A DNA stretch of 64,000 bases from a virus (taxonomy: Duplodnaviria > Caudoviricetes). Position numbers and translations under genes: made by a program. The notes beneath the pieces are model-generated. The model was not told the origin of the DNA and made no database searches. It was given only the letters and a program-made list of their open reading frames with translations. Below are positions 30,862-40,336 of the stretch, in pieces (within the stretch, counting starts at the first letter, position 1; every line of letters starts with the position of its first letter). The stretch lies in the IMG/VR virus record IMGVR_UViG_3300017913_001136, positions 20,908 to 84,907 of that record; one strand, 5' to 3'.

Positions 30862-32123
30862 TAGAATCCTGCCTCGATATCTCTCTTACTCAATGCTCTG
30901 TACTCTAAGAATGTAAGATTCAAATCTATTTCTGTAGGATGCCCATCTTCAAAGAACACGCCTCCGCTCGTTGAGTTGTATGCTGCCTGAACATCTTTCA
31001 GGTAACAATATTGAATCTTGGGTATTTGTAAAGTGCCACCGTCAAACGCAAACTCAATCCTGTAGATATTAGGAAACTCGTATCCGATAGGTATTCCTGG
31101 ATTAAGGTCGATCTCACGAGGATATAACTGAAATCTGAAGTTTTCAATAATTTCTTTTATTCTCGCTGCCTCTTGCGGTGATGTAGGAATTAGTTTAAAA
31201 GAAAAAGAAAATGAACGCATAGTGGGTTGATCAAATAGCAATCTCGTTCCAGGATTCAATCCTGTTTGTAGTGCTGAAGAACCTGCCGCAGCATATCCTG
31301 CTGGAAGTTTAGAGGATATCCGTGATGCAGCAACTTTTGCTGCTTCTTGAGAAAGTGTACCTTTCGCAAGATTAAAAATACTTTCCATCCCTTCTGTCAA
31401 ACCAGAACTCAATGCTGACCCAATACTTTGCCCACTGTTTAATCCTGCGAGCGCAGTCATACCACCAGCACCCAAGTTTGCGCTGTTGTATTGGACAGCA
31501 TCGTTATATTGTAATGCTGGTGGAAAAAATAACTGGATTGCTGGTTTGGTTAGATCTCTGTATGCACGAAGATCTGTAAGTTTTGACCCCATCTCTGCTT
31601 GGTTTTCTTTGATTTCTTTATTGATACGGTCTCTGTCAGCAGCGGTTTGTCTTTTTTCTACGACCACCTCAGGATTCGATGCTTTTACAGGATCTCCTGC
31701 TCCACCGAAAGCATCTAAGTTTTCGGAAGCAGTAATCTCGTCATTCACAGATTCGGTAGATTTCCCTTCAGCATAATCTGCGATAAGAGGAGTATTAAAA
31801 ACAGAAGCGAGTGATTGGTCGATGAGTCCTGTATCAATTTTATAAGGATGGAATACAATATGCGCAGGATACATATCCTCACGATTAAGCGGAAACTTAA
31901 TAATTGTGCCAGAACCTCTACTCTTTTTTAATTCTTGGGTAGATCGAGACTCTTGTATAGACATATGTCCACCATATTTTGAACTGGAACCCATCGGGAT
32001 TTGATTGTTTCCTCTAGGATCAAACTGGTCTGCTTGAGACACTGGTGCACCTTTGCCATTCAATGTAGTTCCTGGTTTTGGAGTCAGTGACCCATTTGGT
32101 CCTGTAGTGAATCTTCCTGGCAT
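30861..32123 (-). CDS. gp48: Baseplate tail-tube cap gp48
   Basis: NPGTRLLFDQPTMRSFSFSFKLIPTSPQEA..I..II..F, YEFPNIY, P.EIDLNLTFLE. Confidence 0.85.
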   Translation of the reverse strand: MPGRFTTGPNGSLTPKPGTTLNGKGAPVSQADQFDPRGNNQIPMGSSSKYGGHMSIQESRSTQELKKSRGSGTIIKFPLNREDMYPAHIVFHPYKIDTGLIDQSLASVFNTPLIADYAEGKSTESVNDEITASENLDAFGGAGDPVKASNPEVVVEKRQTAADRDRINKEIKENQAEMGSKLTDLRAYRDLTKPAIQLFFPPALQYNDAVQYNSANLGAGGMTALAGLNSGQSIGSALSSGLTEGMESIFNLAKGTLSQEAAKVAASRISSKLPAGYAAAGSSALQTGLNPGTRLLFDQPTMRSFSFSFKLIPTSPQEAARIKEIIENFRFQLYPREIDLNPGIPIGYEFPNIYRIEFAFDGGTLQIPKIQYCYLKDVQAAYNSTSGGVFFEDGHPTEIDLNLTFLEYRALSKRDIEAGF

Positions 32124-32157
32124 ATTATATCCTTAATAAATAAAACAAAGATAAACC

Positions 32158-32165
32158 TATTTATA
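32158..32165 (-). promoter_or_regulatory. T4-type late promoter TATAAATA (divergent gp48/gp4 interval)
   Basis: Exact motif on minus; a variant TAATAAATA lies on plus at 32134-32142 facing gp4. Confidence 0.7.
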
Positions 32166-32172
32166 ATCAATT

Positions 32173-32658
32173 ATGGCATATTCTGGGAAATATAAAGTAA
32201 AGAACATCAAGAAGTATTCCGGAGATCCCGATAAGGTGGTTTATAGATCATCTTGGGAAAAGGCATGCTTCGTCTGGTGTGACCGAAACCCGAAGGTGGT
32301 TAAATGGTCATCTGAAGAAGTCGTAGTCCCATATCGCTGGGATATCGATAAAAAGATGCACAGGTATTTCGTAGATTTAAAAATCACATTTGAAGATAAT
32401 AAAACTATCCTCGTTGAAATAAAACCTGACAAAGAAACCGCACCACCGAAACGTCCTGATAAATCAAAACGATATATCGGAGAGGCGATGACGTATGTCA
32501 AGAACATGAATAAATGGGAAGCAGCAAATAACTTTGCGAAAGATCGTGGTTGGGAATTCCAGATATGGACGGAAGATACTCTACACAGTATGGGGATTAT
32601 GAAGAAACTCAAACCCCTAAAACCTTTGAAACCATACCGCAAAAAACGCAAGAAGTGA
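32173..32658 (+). CDS. gp4: Head completion nuclease gp4
   Basis: YSGKYK.KN.KKY.GDP..VVYRSSWE...WSSEEVVVPY...HRYFVD...VEIKP...NMNKWEAA. Confidence 0.92.
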   Translation: MAYSGKYKVKNIKKYSGDPDKVVYRSSWEKACFVWCDRNPKVVKWSSEEVVVPYRWDIDKKMHRYFVDLKITFEDNKTILVEIKPDKETAPPKRPDKSKRYIGEAMTYVKNMNKWEAANNFAKDRGWEFQIWTEDTLHSMGIMKKLKPLKPLKPYRKKRKK

Positions 32659-32666
32659 TATAAATA
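32659..32666 (+). promoter_or_regulatory. T4-type late promoter TATAAATA
   Basis: Exact motif only 5 nt before the gp2 ATG. Confidence 0.75.
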
Positions 32667-32671
32667 GCATT

Positions 32672-33262
32672 ATGGCAAATATATTTCAAAATCTTCAGAT
32701 AGATGCTTTCCGTGCAGGTATTACTCCGAGGACACAACAATCTCGTGAATGGTTCCGCAACAAAGCACAACAACTGAGAAGGATAAACCGAAACCAGTTG
32801 ATGAACTCTGAAGAGTTAAAACTTGTGAATAAATCACAACCACTTATCGGTTCTATGAATATGTTCTTCTATGATCCGAAGCATAAAGATACGTTGCCAT
32901 ATTATGATAGATTTCCGTTGGTGATTATTTCTGGTCCAGCACCAGGAGGGTTCTATGGTATGAATCTACACTACCTTTCCCCGATACTGAGGGCAAAGTT
33001 CTTAGATGGATTGATGGAAGTGACTAACAATAAAAAGTTTGATGACAGCACAAGGTTCAAAGCAAGATATGAAATGATTCAAAAGATATCCTCTTTAAGA
33101 TATTATAAACCTTGTTACAAACACTATTTGTTTCCGCATGTAAAATCAAGACTTGCTAGAGTTGCTCCTACTGAGTGGGAGATCGCAACTTTCTTACCGA
33201 CCGCAGATTGGGCGAAGTCAAGTGCGAGAAATGTTTACAGACAGTCAAGGGCAATGATTTAA
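32672..33262 (+). CDS. gp2: DNA end protector protein gp2
   Basis: FFYDPKHKDTLPYYDRFPLV, GMNLHYL, KPCYKHYL..HVKS, EWEIATFLP. Confidence 0.92.
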   Translation: MANIFQNLQIDAFRAGITPRTQQSREWFRNKAQQLRRINRNQLMNSEELKLVNKSQPLIGSMNMFFYDPKHKDTLPYYDRFPLVIISGPAPGGFYGMNLHYLSPILRAKFLDGLMEVTNNKKFDDSTRFKARYEMIQKISSLRYYKPCYKHYLFPHVKSRLARVAPTEWEIATFLPTADWAKSSARNVYRQSRAMI

Positions 33263-33924
33263 TGGCAACAGTAGATGAACTCAAATCCACCATATCCACC
33301 AGACTTGGTGTAGCAAAACCTAATCAGTTCTTGATCGAACTTCCCACTGACTTTCAAGGAAGCGGAAACATACTGACTCAAATCAGTAGACTCATGAACG
33401 GAAATGAACTCAACCTGCTTTGCCAAACTGTTGGTATCCCACCGAAGACTGTTCTGACTCTAGATCAGAAAATGGGTGTTCAGATGCGCAAAGTTGCATA
33501 TGGATATTCCGGAGCAGGTTCAGTCAATATGACTTTCTTAATGCTGAATGATTATAGCATTAGAAAATACTTTGACGCATGGTACTCTTCGACCGTTGCG
33601 CAGAATACAGGAAAGGCATTGTATTTCAATAACTATGCCAAACAAATTAAGATACATCAATTAAGAAAACCCATAACAAATAAAAAGTTTGGTGCAGGTC
33701 CGATTAGTCTCAATGTAAATATTGGGGAAGGAACTGTTTATAGTGCTTTGTTAGAAGAAGCATATCCAGTGAATATATCACAAACTGAATTTAGTAACGA
33801 TCCGGATGGATTGATGCAGTTAACAGTTGAAATGACATACACGAAATGGTCACCGATTGTAGATAATCAGGGACTGTTTTCACTTGACGCCAGTTTAGGT
33901 TCGCTTTCTGGTTTTTTACGATAG
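33262..33924 (+). CDS. Tail tube/baseplate junction protein (gp54/gp19-like)
   Basis: Start at ATG 33262 (MATVDELK); LLCQTVGIP, VAYG, YFDAW, LEEAYPVNI, LTVEMTY. Confidence 0.65.
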   Translation: MATVDELKSTISTRLGVAKPNQFLIELPTDFQGSGNILTQISRLMNGNELNLLCQTVGIPPKTVLTLDQKMGVQMRKVAYGYSGAGSVNMTFLMLNDYSIRKYFDAWYSSTVAQNTGKALYFNNYAKQIKIHQLRKPITNKKFGAGPISLNVNIGEGTVYSALLEEAYPVNISQTEFSNDPDGLMQLTVEMTYTKWSPIVDNQGLFSLDASLGSLSGFLR

Positions 33925-33934
33925 GAGTTAAATA

Positions 33935-34654
33935 ATGGCACTGCCACGTTTGAATGAGACTATTTGGTATGATCTTAAATTACCATCGTCGGGAGAAATC
34001 ATTCATTATAGACCGTTCCTCGTCAAGGAACAAAAGATCCTGCTTCTCGCAGGGGAATCAAACCAACCGAAGCAAGTTATTCGGGCAATCACAGATACTA
34101 TTAGATCATGTGTACAAGAAGATATTGATATTACTTCCTTGTCATCATTTGATGTAGATTATATCTTTACACGGATCAGGGCAAAGTCAGTTGGTGAAAC
34201 TGCCGAACTCGTTGTTAAGTGTCAAGAGTGTGAGCAGGATAATGATGTAAAGGTTGATATCATGCAATCTAAAGTTGTTGGCGATATTAAACCACAGAGA
34301 GTACAACTTACTCCTGATGTTGCGATAGAACTCCACTATCCAACATATAGTGATCTCATGTCTAATACAAGTGTGTTCGACGGAGAGAGTGAAAACAGAA
34401 CGAGTGAAGCGTCTATGAACTTGATTATGTCTTGTATGAAAACATTATACACAGACGATGAACGGATTGATCTGAAGAACGAATCAAGGCAAGAACTGAT
34501 GAACTTCATGGATTCTTTGAACGCAGATCAGTTTGAAAAGATCGCAACATTCATCGGGAATATTCCTAAGTTGAGTTATGATCTAGAATTTACATGTGAA
34601 CATTGTAGTCATGATAACAAAATCTTATTGGAGGGTATGGACAATTTTTTCTAG
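33935..34654 (+). CDS. gp26: Baseplate hub assembly protein gp26
   Basis: MALP, YRPFLVKEQKILL, FDVDYIF..IRAKSVGE, CxxC motifs, ends LEGMDNFF. Confidence 0.9.
   Translation: MALPRLNETIWYDLKLPSSGEIIHYRPFLVKEQKILLLAGESNQPKQVIRAITDTIRSCVQEDIDITSLSSFDVDYIFTRIRAKSVGETAELVVKCQECEQDNDVKVDIMQSKVVGDIKPQRVQLTPDVAIELHYPTYSDLMSNTSVFDGESENRTSEASMNLIMSCMKTLYTDDERIDLKNESRQELMNFMDSLNADQFEKIATFIGNIPKLSYDLEFTCEHCSHDNKILLEGMDNFF
34645..34651 (+). promoter_or_regulatory. Candidate -1 ribosomal slippery heptamer T-TTT-TTC
   Basis: Last two sense codons of gp26 plus the preceding T form X-XXY-YYZ; the -1 frame is open into gp51. Confidence 0.55.
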
Positions 34655-34674
34655 TATGCCTCTCGCATGAAAAC

Positions 34675-34848
34675 ATGGAAAATTTTTATACAACAAATTT
34701 TTCATTAATGCAACATCACAATTATTCGTTATCTGAACTTGATGAGATGGTGCCATGGGAGAGGGAAATATACCTCTCGATGCTTGTCCAACATCTGAAA
34801 GAACAAAGGGAAAAACAGCAGCAAGAACAAACTGCACAAGGATATTAA
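34675..34848 (+). CDS. gp51: Baseplate hub assembly catalyst gp51 (not in ORF track)
   Basis: Manual translation MENFYTTNFSLMQHHNYSLSELDEMVPWEREIYLSMLVQHLKEQ... (57 aa). Confidence 0.88.
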   Translation: MENFYTTNFSLMQHHNYSLSELDEMVPWEREIYLSMLVQHLKEQREKQQQEQTAQGY

Positions 34849-34849
34849 A

Positions 34850-36544
34850 ATGGCAGAAGCAACCTTAAATGACGTCAGTGCTAAACTCAGTTCACAAATG
34901 CGTGTGGACGAGGCAATCTCTCGTGGTGTTCAAGGACTGAGGGATGACTTTCAAAAGTTATATGGCATACAGACCAAACTCCTTCGTGAACTAGCAGAAC
35001 AAAAACGTGAGGGTGGAACTTCTGGCGGTGGCGGTGGTGGTGCCAGTCCCGCAAAAGAAGCAGAAAAGGGAATGAATCCATTCCTTGCTGCTGCGATGGT
35101 TGCCGCAGTTGCTATGGTAACTGCTGTCAAAGATTACTTTCAAAATGTAACTAAACTTCTCAAGACTTTATCTAAACCCCTTCGCTCAGCAATCGCTGGT
35201 CTAGGAAGATTATTCAAAGCGATATTCAGAGAAGCAGGTATCACGAAAGTCATCAACAATATTAGTACAACTGTTCGAGGAGCATTCTCTAGATTAGGGA
35301 ATGCATTGAAAACATTGCTGCCTGATCCGGAAGCAGTACAAGACTCGTTCAAAGCATTAAAGGGATATTTCAGAAGATTAAGAACATTCTTTACCACAGG
35401 CGGTGATGACTTCATGAAGTTTCTTACCGATAACAGTATCTTTAGAGTCTTGAAAAATGGATTCAATAGTATCAAGAATCTTTTGTTCGGATCCTTTCAA
35501 GGCGATGAAATTAAACTTGTAAAAGAATTTATAGGAAATATCGGTAAAAGGATCTCTAGTTTTTTTCAACCAATTAGAAACTTCTTTTCATTCGGCGAGG
35601 ACAGTCCTCTCGGTAGGATAGTTGCTAGATTGAAATCAGTTTTTAGTTTTGCTCAAGAGGGAAGTGCGTTCGCTAGAACTCTAGGAACTGTTGGTCGAGT
35701 TATTGGTAGACTCGCATGGCCAATCACATTGATCATGGGTGTTATTGATTCAGTGACTGGTGCTTTCAAAGGTTTTGTAAACACTGACGGTACGATAGTT
35801 GAAAAGGTGATTATGGGTATTGCAGGTGGTATTTCTGGACTGATTGAAGGTATAATTGGTATGCCTCTTGATTTGTTAAAGAGTGCTATATCTTGGATTG
35901 CTGGCAAGTTTGGATTCGAGGAAGCAGAACAATATTTAGATAGTTTTAGTTTTGTTGATCTGATTAGAGATATTGTTATGTCACCTATTGTAATGGTGAA
36001 ACGTGCAATCAATGGTCTTATTGATCTATTAGCAGATGGGATACAATCCTTTTCTAGTGTTCTATTTGACACAACGGAAATAGCAGACGCTGTCAGAGGT
36101 TTTAAGTTTGAAGATACAGGCGAGTCACGAACCGAAATGGTTGCTCGTAAAAAGCAAGAAGATATTGATGCAGGTGAAGCACTTGATGCATATGATGCTG
36201 AATCAGGTTTGAGTAGAAAAAAATATAAAACGAAAAAACTGGCACAAGCAGCAGCAGGTCCAGACGAAATGGTCGTGGAAGATAATACTGGTGCATTTAG
36301 AATTAAGAAAAAAGAAGCAGTAGAACTGAAAGAGGGGCAGGCAAAAGGTGCAGCAGGAAAGTTTGTAGACGGTGATCTAGCACCTTCTGGATCCGGAGAA
36401 ACACCATCAGTGACCGTTGTCAATCAGGATAACTCTCAGAATACAGGTGGAAGTGGTACAATCTTGGCAGGAGAAACCCGACCGTCCACTGGGAACGATC
36501 GGGCATTAGGAACTGGATTCTTTAGAACCTCTTCTGGTTATTAA
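34850..36544 (+). CDS. Tape-measure-like/baseplate hub protein (gp29-like)
   Basis: Helical, Phe/Leu-periodic repeats, G-rich pseudo-TM segments; position after gp26/gp51. Confidence 0.65.
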   Translation: MAEATLNDVSAKLSSQMRVDEAISRGVQGLRDDFQKLYGIQTKLLRELAEQKREGGTSGGGGGGASPAKEAEKGMNPFLAAAMVAAVAMVTAVKDYFQNVTKLLKTLSKPLRSAIAGLGRLFKAIFREAGITKVINNISTTVRGAFSRLGNALKTLLPDPEAVQDSFKALKGYFRRLRTFFTTGGDDFMKFLTDNSIFRVLKNGFNSIKNLLFGSFQGDEIKLVKEFIGNIGKRISSFFQPIRNFFSFGEDSPLGRIVARLKSVFSFAQEGSAFARTLGTVGRVIGRLAWPITLIMGVIDSVTGAFKGFVNTDGTIVEKVIMGIAGGISGLIEGIIGMPLDLLKSAISWIAGKFGFEEAEQYLDSFSFVDLIRDIVMSPIVMVKRAINGLIDLLADGIQSFSSVLFDTTEIADAVRGFKFEDTGESRTEMVARKKQEDIDAGEALDAYDAESGLSRKKYKTKKLAQAAAGPDEMVVEDNTGAFRIKKKEAVELKEGQAKGAAGKFVDGDLAPSGSGETPSVTVVNQDNSQNTGGSGTILAGETRPSTGNDRALGTGFFRTSSGY

Positions 36545-37446
36545 TCTTCGTTTGCTAGTTTAGCAAAGTAAGACATAGTGTCGTCATCGTCACTGCTCAT
36601 TTCTTCGGCAGTAATCGGTTCTGCAACTTTATACTCAGGTTCCGGAGCAGGTGTATTCATAGTCTGTTCCTGCTGCATAGTTGGTGCACCCAACTGAGAA
36701 TCTTCCCCAAGAACACGCATTAGTTTTGCTTTGAGTTCATCATAGGACTTATAGTTCTTTGGGTCGGTAAACTCACTGAGGTCATGTAGTTGGTTATAGA
36801 CTGCTTCCAACTTGGATTCGTCTCCATCATAGAGACCAGAAACGCTTGCAAACTCTGACTTATCATAATTACGGTATCCATCAACATTACGAATTTTTAA
36901 TTTAAAGTTGGCACCTTCCCACATATCAAATGGGTTCACAGGTGTCTCATCGGCAAACTGTGGTTGCATTACATCCATCAGTTTATCAAAGATCTTCTTA
37001 CCGAACTTGTAGAGCATAACCTTACCCTCGTTCTGAGGATTTGAAGGATCTTCTACAACAAGAACGTTTACGACGTAGTGAAGTCGACGCTTTTGCGCAC
37101 GTGCTTTGTCTTTGTCGGCATCAATCCCAGAATTCCACAGTCGGGAGTTGAGTTCGCCAACAGGGTCAGGTTGACCAATAGATGTAAGACTGTTTTCGAT
37201 ATACCATTGACCTGTAGGACCTTTGAATCCGTGATCCCAGTATCGTACCCATGGGAGATCTTGTCCTTCTGCCGCTGGCAAGAATCTGAGGACTGCATAC
37301 CCATTACCTGCCTTGTCTACCGTTGGTTTCCAAAGACGATCATCTGCGTAGGACTTTTGCTCGGTAGAACCTCCACCTGCTTGTTCTGCTGCCTGTACGA
37401 GTTTGGAAATTTGGTCGCGATTGCGTTTTAAGTTTTCGAATGACAT
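36541..37446 (-). CDS. gp32: Single-stranded DNA-binding protein gp32
   Basis: DDRLWKP..DKAGNGYAVLRFLP, HGFKGPTGQWYIENSLT, KFGKKIFDK, RNYDKSEF, acidic tail ending YFAKLA. Confidence 0.97.
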   Translation of the reverse strand: MSFENLKRNRDQISKLVQAAEQAGGGSTEQKSYADDRLWKPTVDKAGNGYAVLRFLPAAEGQDLPWVRYWDHGFKGPTGQWYIENSLTSIGQPDPVGELNSRLWNSGIDADKDKARAQKRRLHYVVNVLVVEDPSNPQNEGKVMLYKFGKKIFDKLMDVMQPQFADETPVNPFDMWEGANFKLKIRNVDGYRNYDKSEFASVSGLYDGDESKLEAVYNQLHDLSEFTDPKNYKSYDELKAKLMRVLGEDSQLGAPTMQQEQTMNTPAPEPEYKVAEPITAEEMSSDDDDTMSYFAKLANED

Positions 37447-37485
37447 ATATTTGTATCCTTTGTATTGCTGAAATATTGCTGTATT

Positions 37486-37515
37486 ATTATATCATATTTA
37501 CACTGAAGTGTAAAG
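37486..37515 (-). promoter_or_regulatory. Sigma70-type early promoter (TTTACA-17-TATAAT)
   Basis: CTTTACACTTCAGTGTAAATATGATATAAT upstream of gp32. Confidence 0.8.
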
Positions 37516-37516
37516 T

Positions 37517-37524
37517 TATTTATA
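37517..37524 (-). promoter_or_regulatory. T4-type late promoter upstream of gp32
   Basis: Exact TATAAATA immediately upstream of the early promoter. Confidence 0.65.
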
Positions 37525-37530
37525 TACAAT

Positions 37531-37773
37531 TTATTCAAAAAGTGCTGAATCAATCGTATTAGTTTTGGGGAGGAAGTTAAGAGACATTGCCTCTGCCTCT
37601 AACTTATCCTTGATGACTGGTGAGATAAACTTGCGAACATCTTCTGGTTCGATGTTGTTCTTCTCACACAGTAATAGGATAGCATCCATGTATCCTATTG
37701 ATTTTTCTACAACCTCGTTTTCCACGAGTTTAGAAAATTTAGATTTGTTTAAAAATGATTCTTCTACACTCAT
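37531..37773 (-). CDS. gp33: Late transcription coactivator gp33
   Basis: FSKLVE..V......YMDAILLLCEKNNIEPEDV.KFIS..IKDKLEAEA..LNFLP. Confidence 0.88.
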   Translation of the reverse strand: MSVEESFLNKSKFSKLVENEVVEKSIGYMDAILLLCEKNNIEPEDVRKFISPVIKDKLEAEAMSLNFLPKTNTIDSALFE

Positions 37774-38888
37774 TTATCTAATGCTCTCAATAGTATTGTT
37801 TCCACGTTGATCCGACCATTAGGTGCGAACGATTTGGTTGTAAGAGTTTTCCACTCCTTATCAATTTGAAGTGGAGTCTTACCAAGAACAATGGGCAGGA
37901 ACTCATTCGGTTTACGAAGTTTCACCGATCTGCTATTTTCCTGATCAAAGTTCTTGATCGTAGAACCACTGATTTCAAAACCAGTAGTCGACGTTGTCAC
38001 ATACTCAGTAAGAACACGTGTCTTAGCGTTGAAGCAGAAAAGACGAGTTTTGTTGATGATCTGAATAGGTGGTATAGAAACCAACTTGAACTCAGGATCC
38101 TCCTTCTTGTACTTCACATTACGAACTTGCTTATCAGCACTCTTCGGCAACTTAGCACGTGTCTTACGAGTTGCTTTCGAAGCAGACTTGATACGGTCTA
38201 GATCCGATAGCATTTCATTACAAACTTTTATGCGGCGACTGAGTTCAGGTCTTTTCAAATGCGAGTAACCTTCAACGGCATCAGGACAAGACTTGTTGTA
38301 GGCATCTTCATAATCAGATAACCATCCCTCAATCACCTCACGAACTGGGAGTGTAGCAGAAGCACCCAGTCCATGCTTCTTGAACAGAGCATATAAGTCA
38401 AGAGAAGTTTTTTCACCCTCCATCCAAGAATCTTCTAAATCTAATACGTCTTGCATGATTGTATTAGATATTTTATTTTGCAGTCTCTGCATAGGAGACA
38501 ACGAAACTACACGATCGGAATCTTTGAGTTTTGCTTGCTTCTCGAAATATAGTGGTTTACCTATTTCGATAAGAGACTGAATATATCTATCCAGTGCTTT
38601 TTTCCAATACACAACACGATCGTTAGTCTCGTGTGAGTTCATCAAGAATGCTGCAGTTCCGCAGTAATGTGAATGACCCCAAAACTTATAGTCAGGGCAA
38701 GCATTGATAAACTTGTAATCGCTCTTTGATACATTGTCTTTAACATAAGACTTGAATGTAGATACAAGGTCTTTACGATCCACTTCCGTGTGAACGAAAG
38801 ACATAACTGCGTCGATACCTTTATCGAAAGGTGCTGCCGCAATACCTGAACGACGAACAATTGCTTTTTTCTTCTTACGAACTGCCAT
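37770..38888 (-). CDS. Conserved T4-like hypothetical protein (basic)
   Basis: 372 aa, own early promoter; C-terminal TLRKP...NGRIN..TILL motif. Confidence 0.65.
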   Translation of the reverse strand: MAVRKKKKAIVRRSGIAAAPFDKGIDAVMSFVHTEVDRKDLVSTFKSYVKDNVSKSDYKFINACPDYKFWGHSHYCGTAAFLMNSHETNDRVVYWKKALDRYIQSLIEIGKPLYFEKQAKLKDSDRVVSLSPMQRLQNKISNTIMQDVLDLEDSWMEGEKTSLDLYALFKKHGLGASATLPVREVIEGWLSDYEDAYNKSCPDAVEGYSHLKRPELSRRIKVCNEMLSDLDRIKSASKATRKTRAKLPKSADKQVRNVKYKKEDPEFKLVSIPPIQIINKTRLFCFNAKTRVLTEYVTTSTTGFEISGSTIKNFDQENSRSVKLRKPNEFLPIVLGKTPLQIDKEWKTLTTKSFAPNGRINVETILLRALDK

Positions 38889-38920
38889 GATAAACTCCTC
38901 TAATTATAATGACTGCATAT

Positions 38921-38950
38921 ATTATATCATACTTTTAAATAAAAGTAAAG
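38921..38950 (-). promoter_or_regulatory. Early promoter CTTTACTTTTATTTAAAAGTATGATATAAT
   Basis: -35 TTTACT, 17-nt spacer, TATAAT; identical 30-mer at 40299-40328. Confidence 0.85.
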
Positions 38951-38957
38951 AACTTTT

Positions 38958-39539
38958 TTATCCTAATAGATCTAAAGTTTCAGCAACGAAATCATCCATG
39001 AGTTCTGCTCTGTACTCCCAAGCGATATCATTCCAGAATTCTTCGGATTCTTCATCCTCCCACTCACCAGTTTCAAAATCAAACTTGCCTTTGATTTCTG
39101 GGAACTTTTCCATCGCCATCTCAAGGATCTCATAATCCTCATCTTCGCGACTATCGATCTCCGTCTTACCGACATAAACTGATGCGCCAATGAAGTTAGG
39201 AAACTCATCTTCATAACGTACAACAGTCAATAACTTCTTATCATACTGAGAAAGATCTTCTAGGATTTTTTCAATACCTTCAATCGGAGGTGCCCATGCC
39301 GACTCTGTTGTAAAATAGTCAGGATCTCTATCTTCAAAGTAACACCATTTCGCTCCGACATTTTCTGTCATCCATGAGCGATCTTCGATTTTATCAAAGT
39401 TATCACCAACAACAAAGATATCACCGAACCATTTAAATGTGTGATCCTCACGAACCTTTGCATATAATTCTTGCAATCTCTTTTGTGCTGCTTCGTTGAT
39501 ACGTTGAAACTCAACACTAGTGTGTACGTGGTTTGCCAT
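38958..39539 (-). CDS. Acidic hypothetical protein, DUF1281/YubB ferredoxin-like
   Basis: W...NVGAKWCY......FTTESAWAPP pattern. Confidence 0.5.
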   Translation of the reverse strand: MANHVHTSVEFQRINEAAQKRLQELYAKVREDHTFKWFGDIFVVGDNFDKIEDRSWMTENVGAKWCYFEDRDPDYFTTESAWAPPIEGIEKILEDLSQYDKKLLTVVRYEDEFPNFIGASVYVGKTEIDSREDEDYEILEMAMEKFPEIKGKFDFETGEWEDEESEEFWNDIAWEYRAELMDDFVAETLDLLG

Positions 39540-39880
39540 TATCCTCTCCTCATTCTTGCTATCTCTTTGGCATCATTACTATCTTTGCGAACTGGCACCA
39601 TATTACTTTTATGCAATGTACCGATCCCTGCAAGTTCATCGCCAGTGTATTGTTTAGCAACTCTCTTGAACCCATTGCCAACAACATCCGAGCATGGTAT
39701 CGCTCGCTCAACCCTATACGAAGGCATTTCTGCTCTGTGTCCTGAGTTTGCGACATAACCAACTTTCCTCAACAACTCTGCAGTTTTACGTTCTTCTTCT
39801 AGAACTGCTGCAGTCTTTTTCTTTGATTTACGTTTACGAGTATTGAGTGAGGTCATACCTCTAACCAAATGCATAGTCAT
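39539..39880 (-). CDS. Conserved hypothetical protein
   Basis: YTGDEL.GIGTLHKSNMVPV...AKEIARMRR motif. Confidence 0.6.
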   Translation of the reverse strand: MTMHLVRGMTSLNTRKRKSKKKTAAVLEEERKTAELLRKVGYVANSGHRAEMPSYRVERAIPCSDVVGNGFKRVAKQYTGDELAGIGTLHKSNMVPVRKDSNDAKEIARMRRG

Positions 39881-40044
39881 GATTTGTCATACCCCTTTTC
39901 TTCCATCTCTTTCATTCTGCGTCTGAGATAATCCATTATCAAAATATCAATGCCTGATGGTTCTTTCTTCAGACTCAATTTTTCCAACTCACCCTGAAAC
40001 ACTCTGTAAGCAAGAAGGCGATCGCTCGTCATTTCCGGAAGCAT
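39877..40044 (-). CDS. Small hypothetical protein (55 aa, not in ORF track)
   Basis: MLPEMTSDRLLAYRVFQGELEKL...; start and stop overlap both neighbours. Confidence 0.6.
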   Translation of the reverse strand: MLPEMTSDRLLAYRVFQGELEKLSLKKEPSGIDILIMDYLRRRMKEMEEKGYDKS

Positions 40045-40265
40045 CAGTCCCAATCCCTATCATAATTAACAGCGTCACGCATACGATCGCCATAATACTT
40101 TTCAGCATACTGTGGAGCATCTGTCCAAGCATTAATATTATTTTGACTATACATGTATGATTGTGTTTCGGTTTTCCGAACACGCTGATTACGCTGCAAC
40201 TTTTTATTGAATTTTTTGGAAACTTTACGGATCAATGCCATCCGCTGTGCTTGGGTTTGTGCCAT
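40044..40265 (-). CDS. Early hypothetical protein
   Basis: GAGGAG RBS and early promoter upstream. Confidence 0.65.
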   Translation of the reverse strand: MAQTQAQRMALIRKVSKKFNKKLQRNQRVRKTETQSYMYSQNNINAWTDAPQYAEKYYGDRMRDAVNYDRDWD

Positions 40266-40298
40266 AATATAAACTCCTCAAGAATTGACTATGCATTC

Positions 40299-40328
40299 AT
40301 TATATCATACTTTTAAATAAAAGTAAAG
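40299..40328 (-). promoter_or_regulatory. Early promoter (identical to 38921-38950)
   Basis: CTTTACTTTTATTTAAAAGTATGATATAAT. Confidence 0.85.
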
Positions 40329-40336
40329 ACTTTTTT

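Noticed and set aside
32173-32658. TnsA-like transposase / mobile element
   Set aside because: Motifs and position next to gp2 identify it as the core head-completion nuclease gp4; no terminal repeats or other Tn7 genes.
495-36423. Many opposite-strand ORFs in the track (e.g. 495-791, 12705-13118, 18907-19503, 35653-36423)
   Set aside because: They are shadows of long real genes on the other strand, with Ser/Pro/Val-rich compositions typical of antisense frames and no RBS or motifs.
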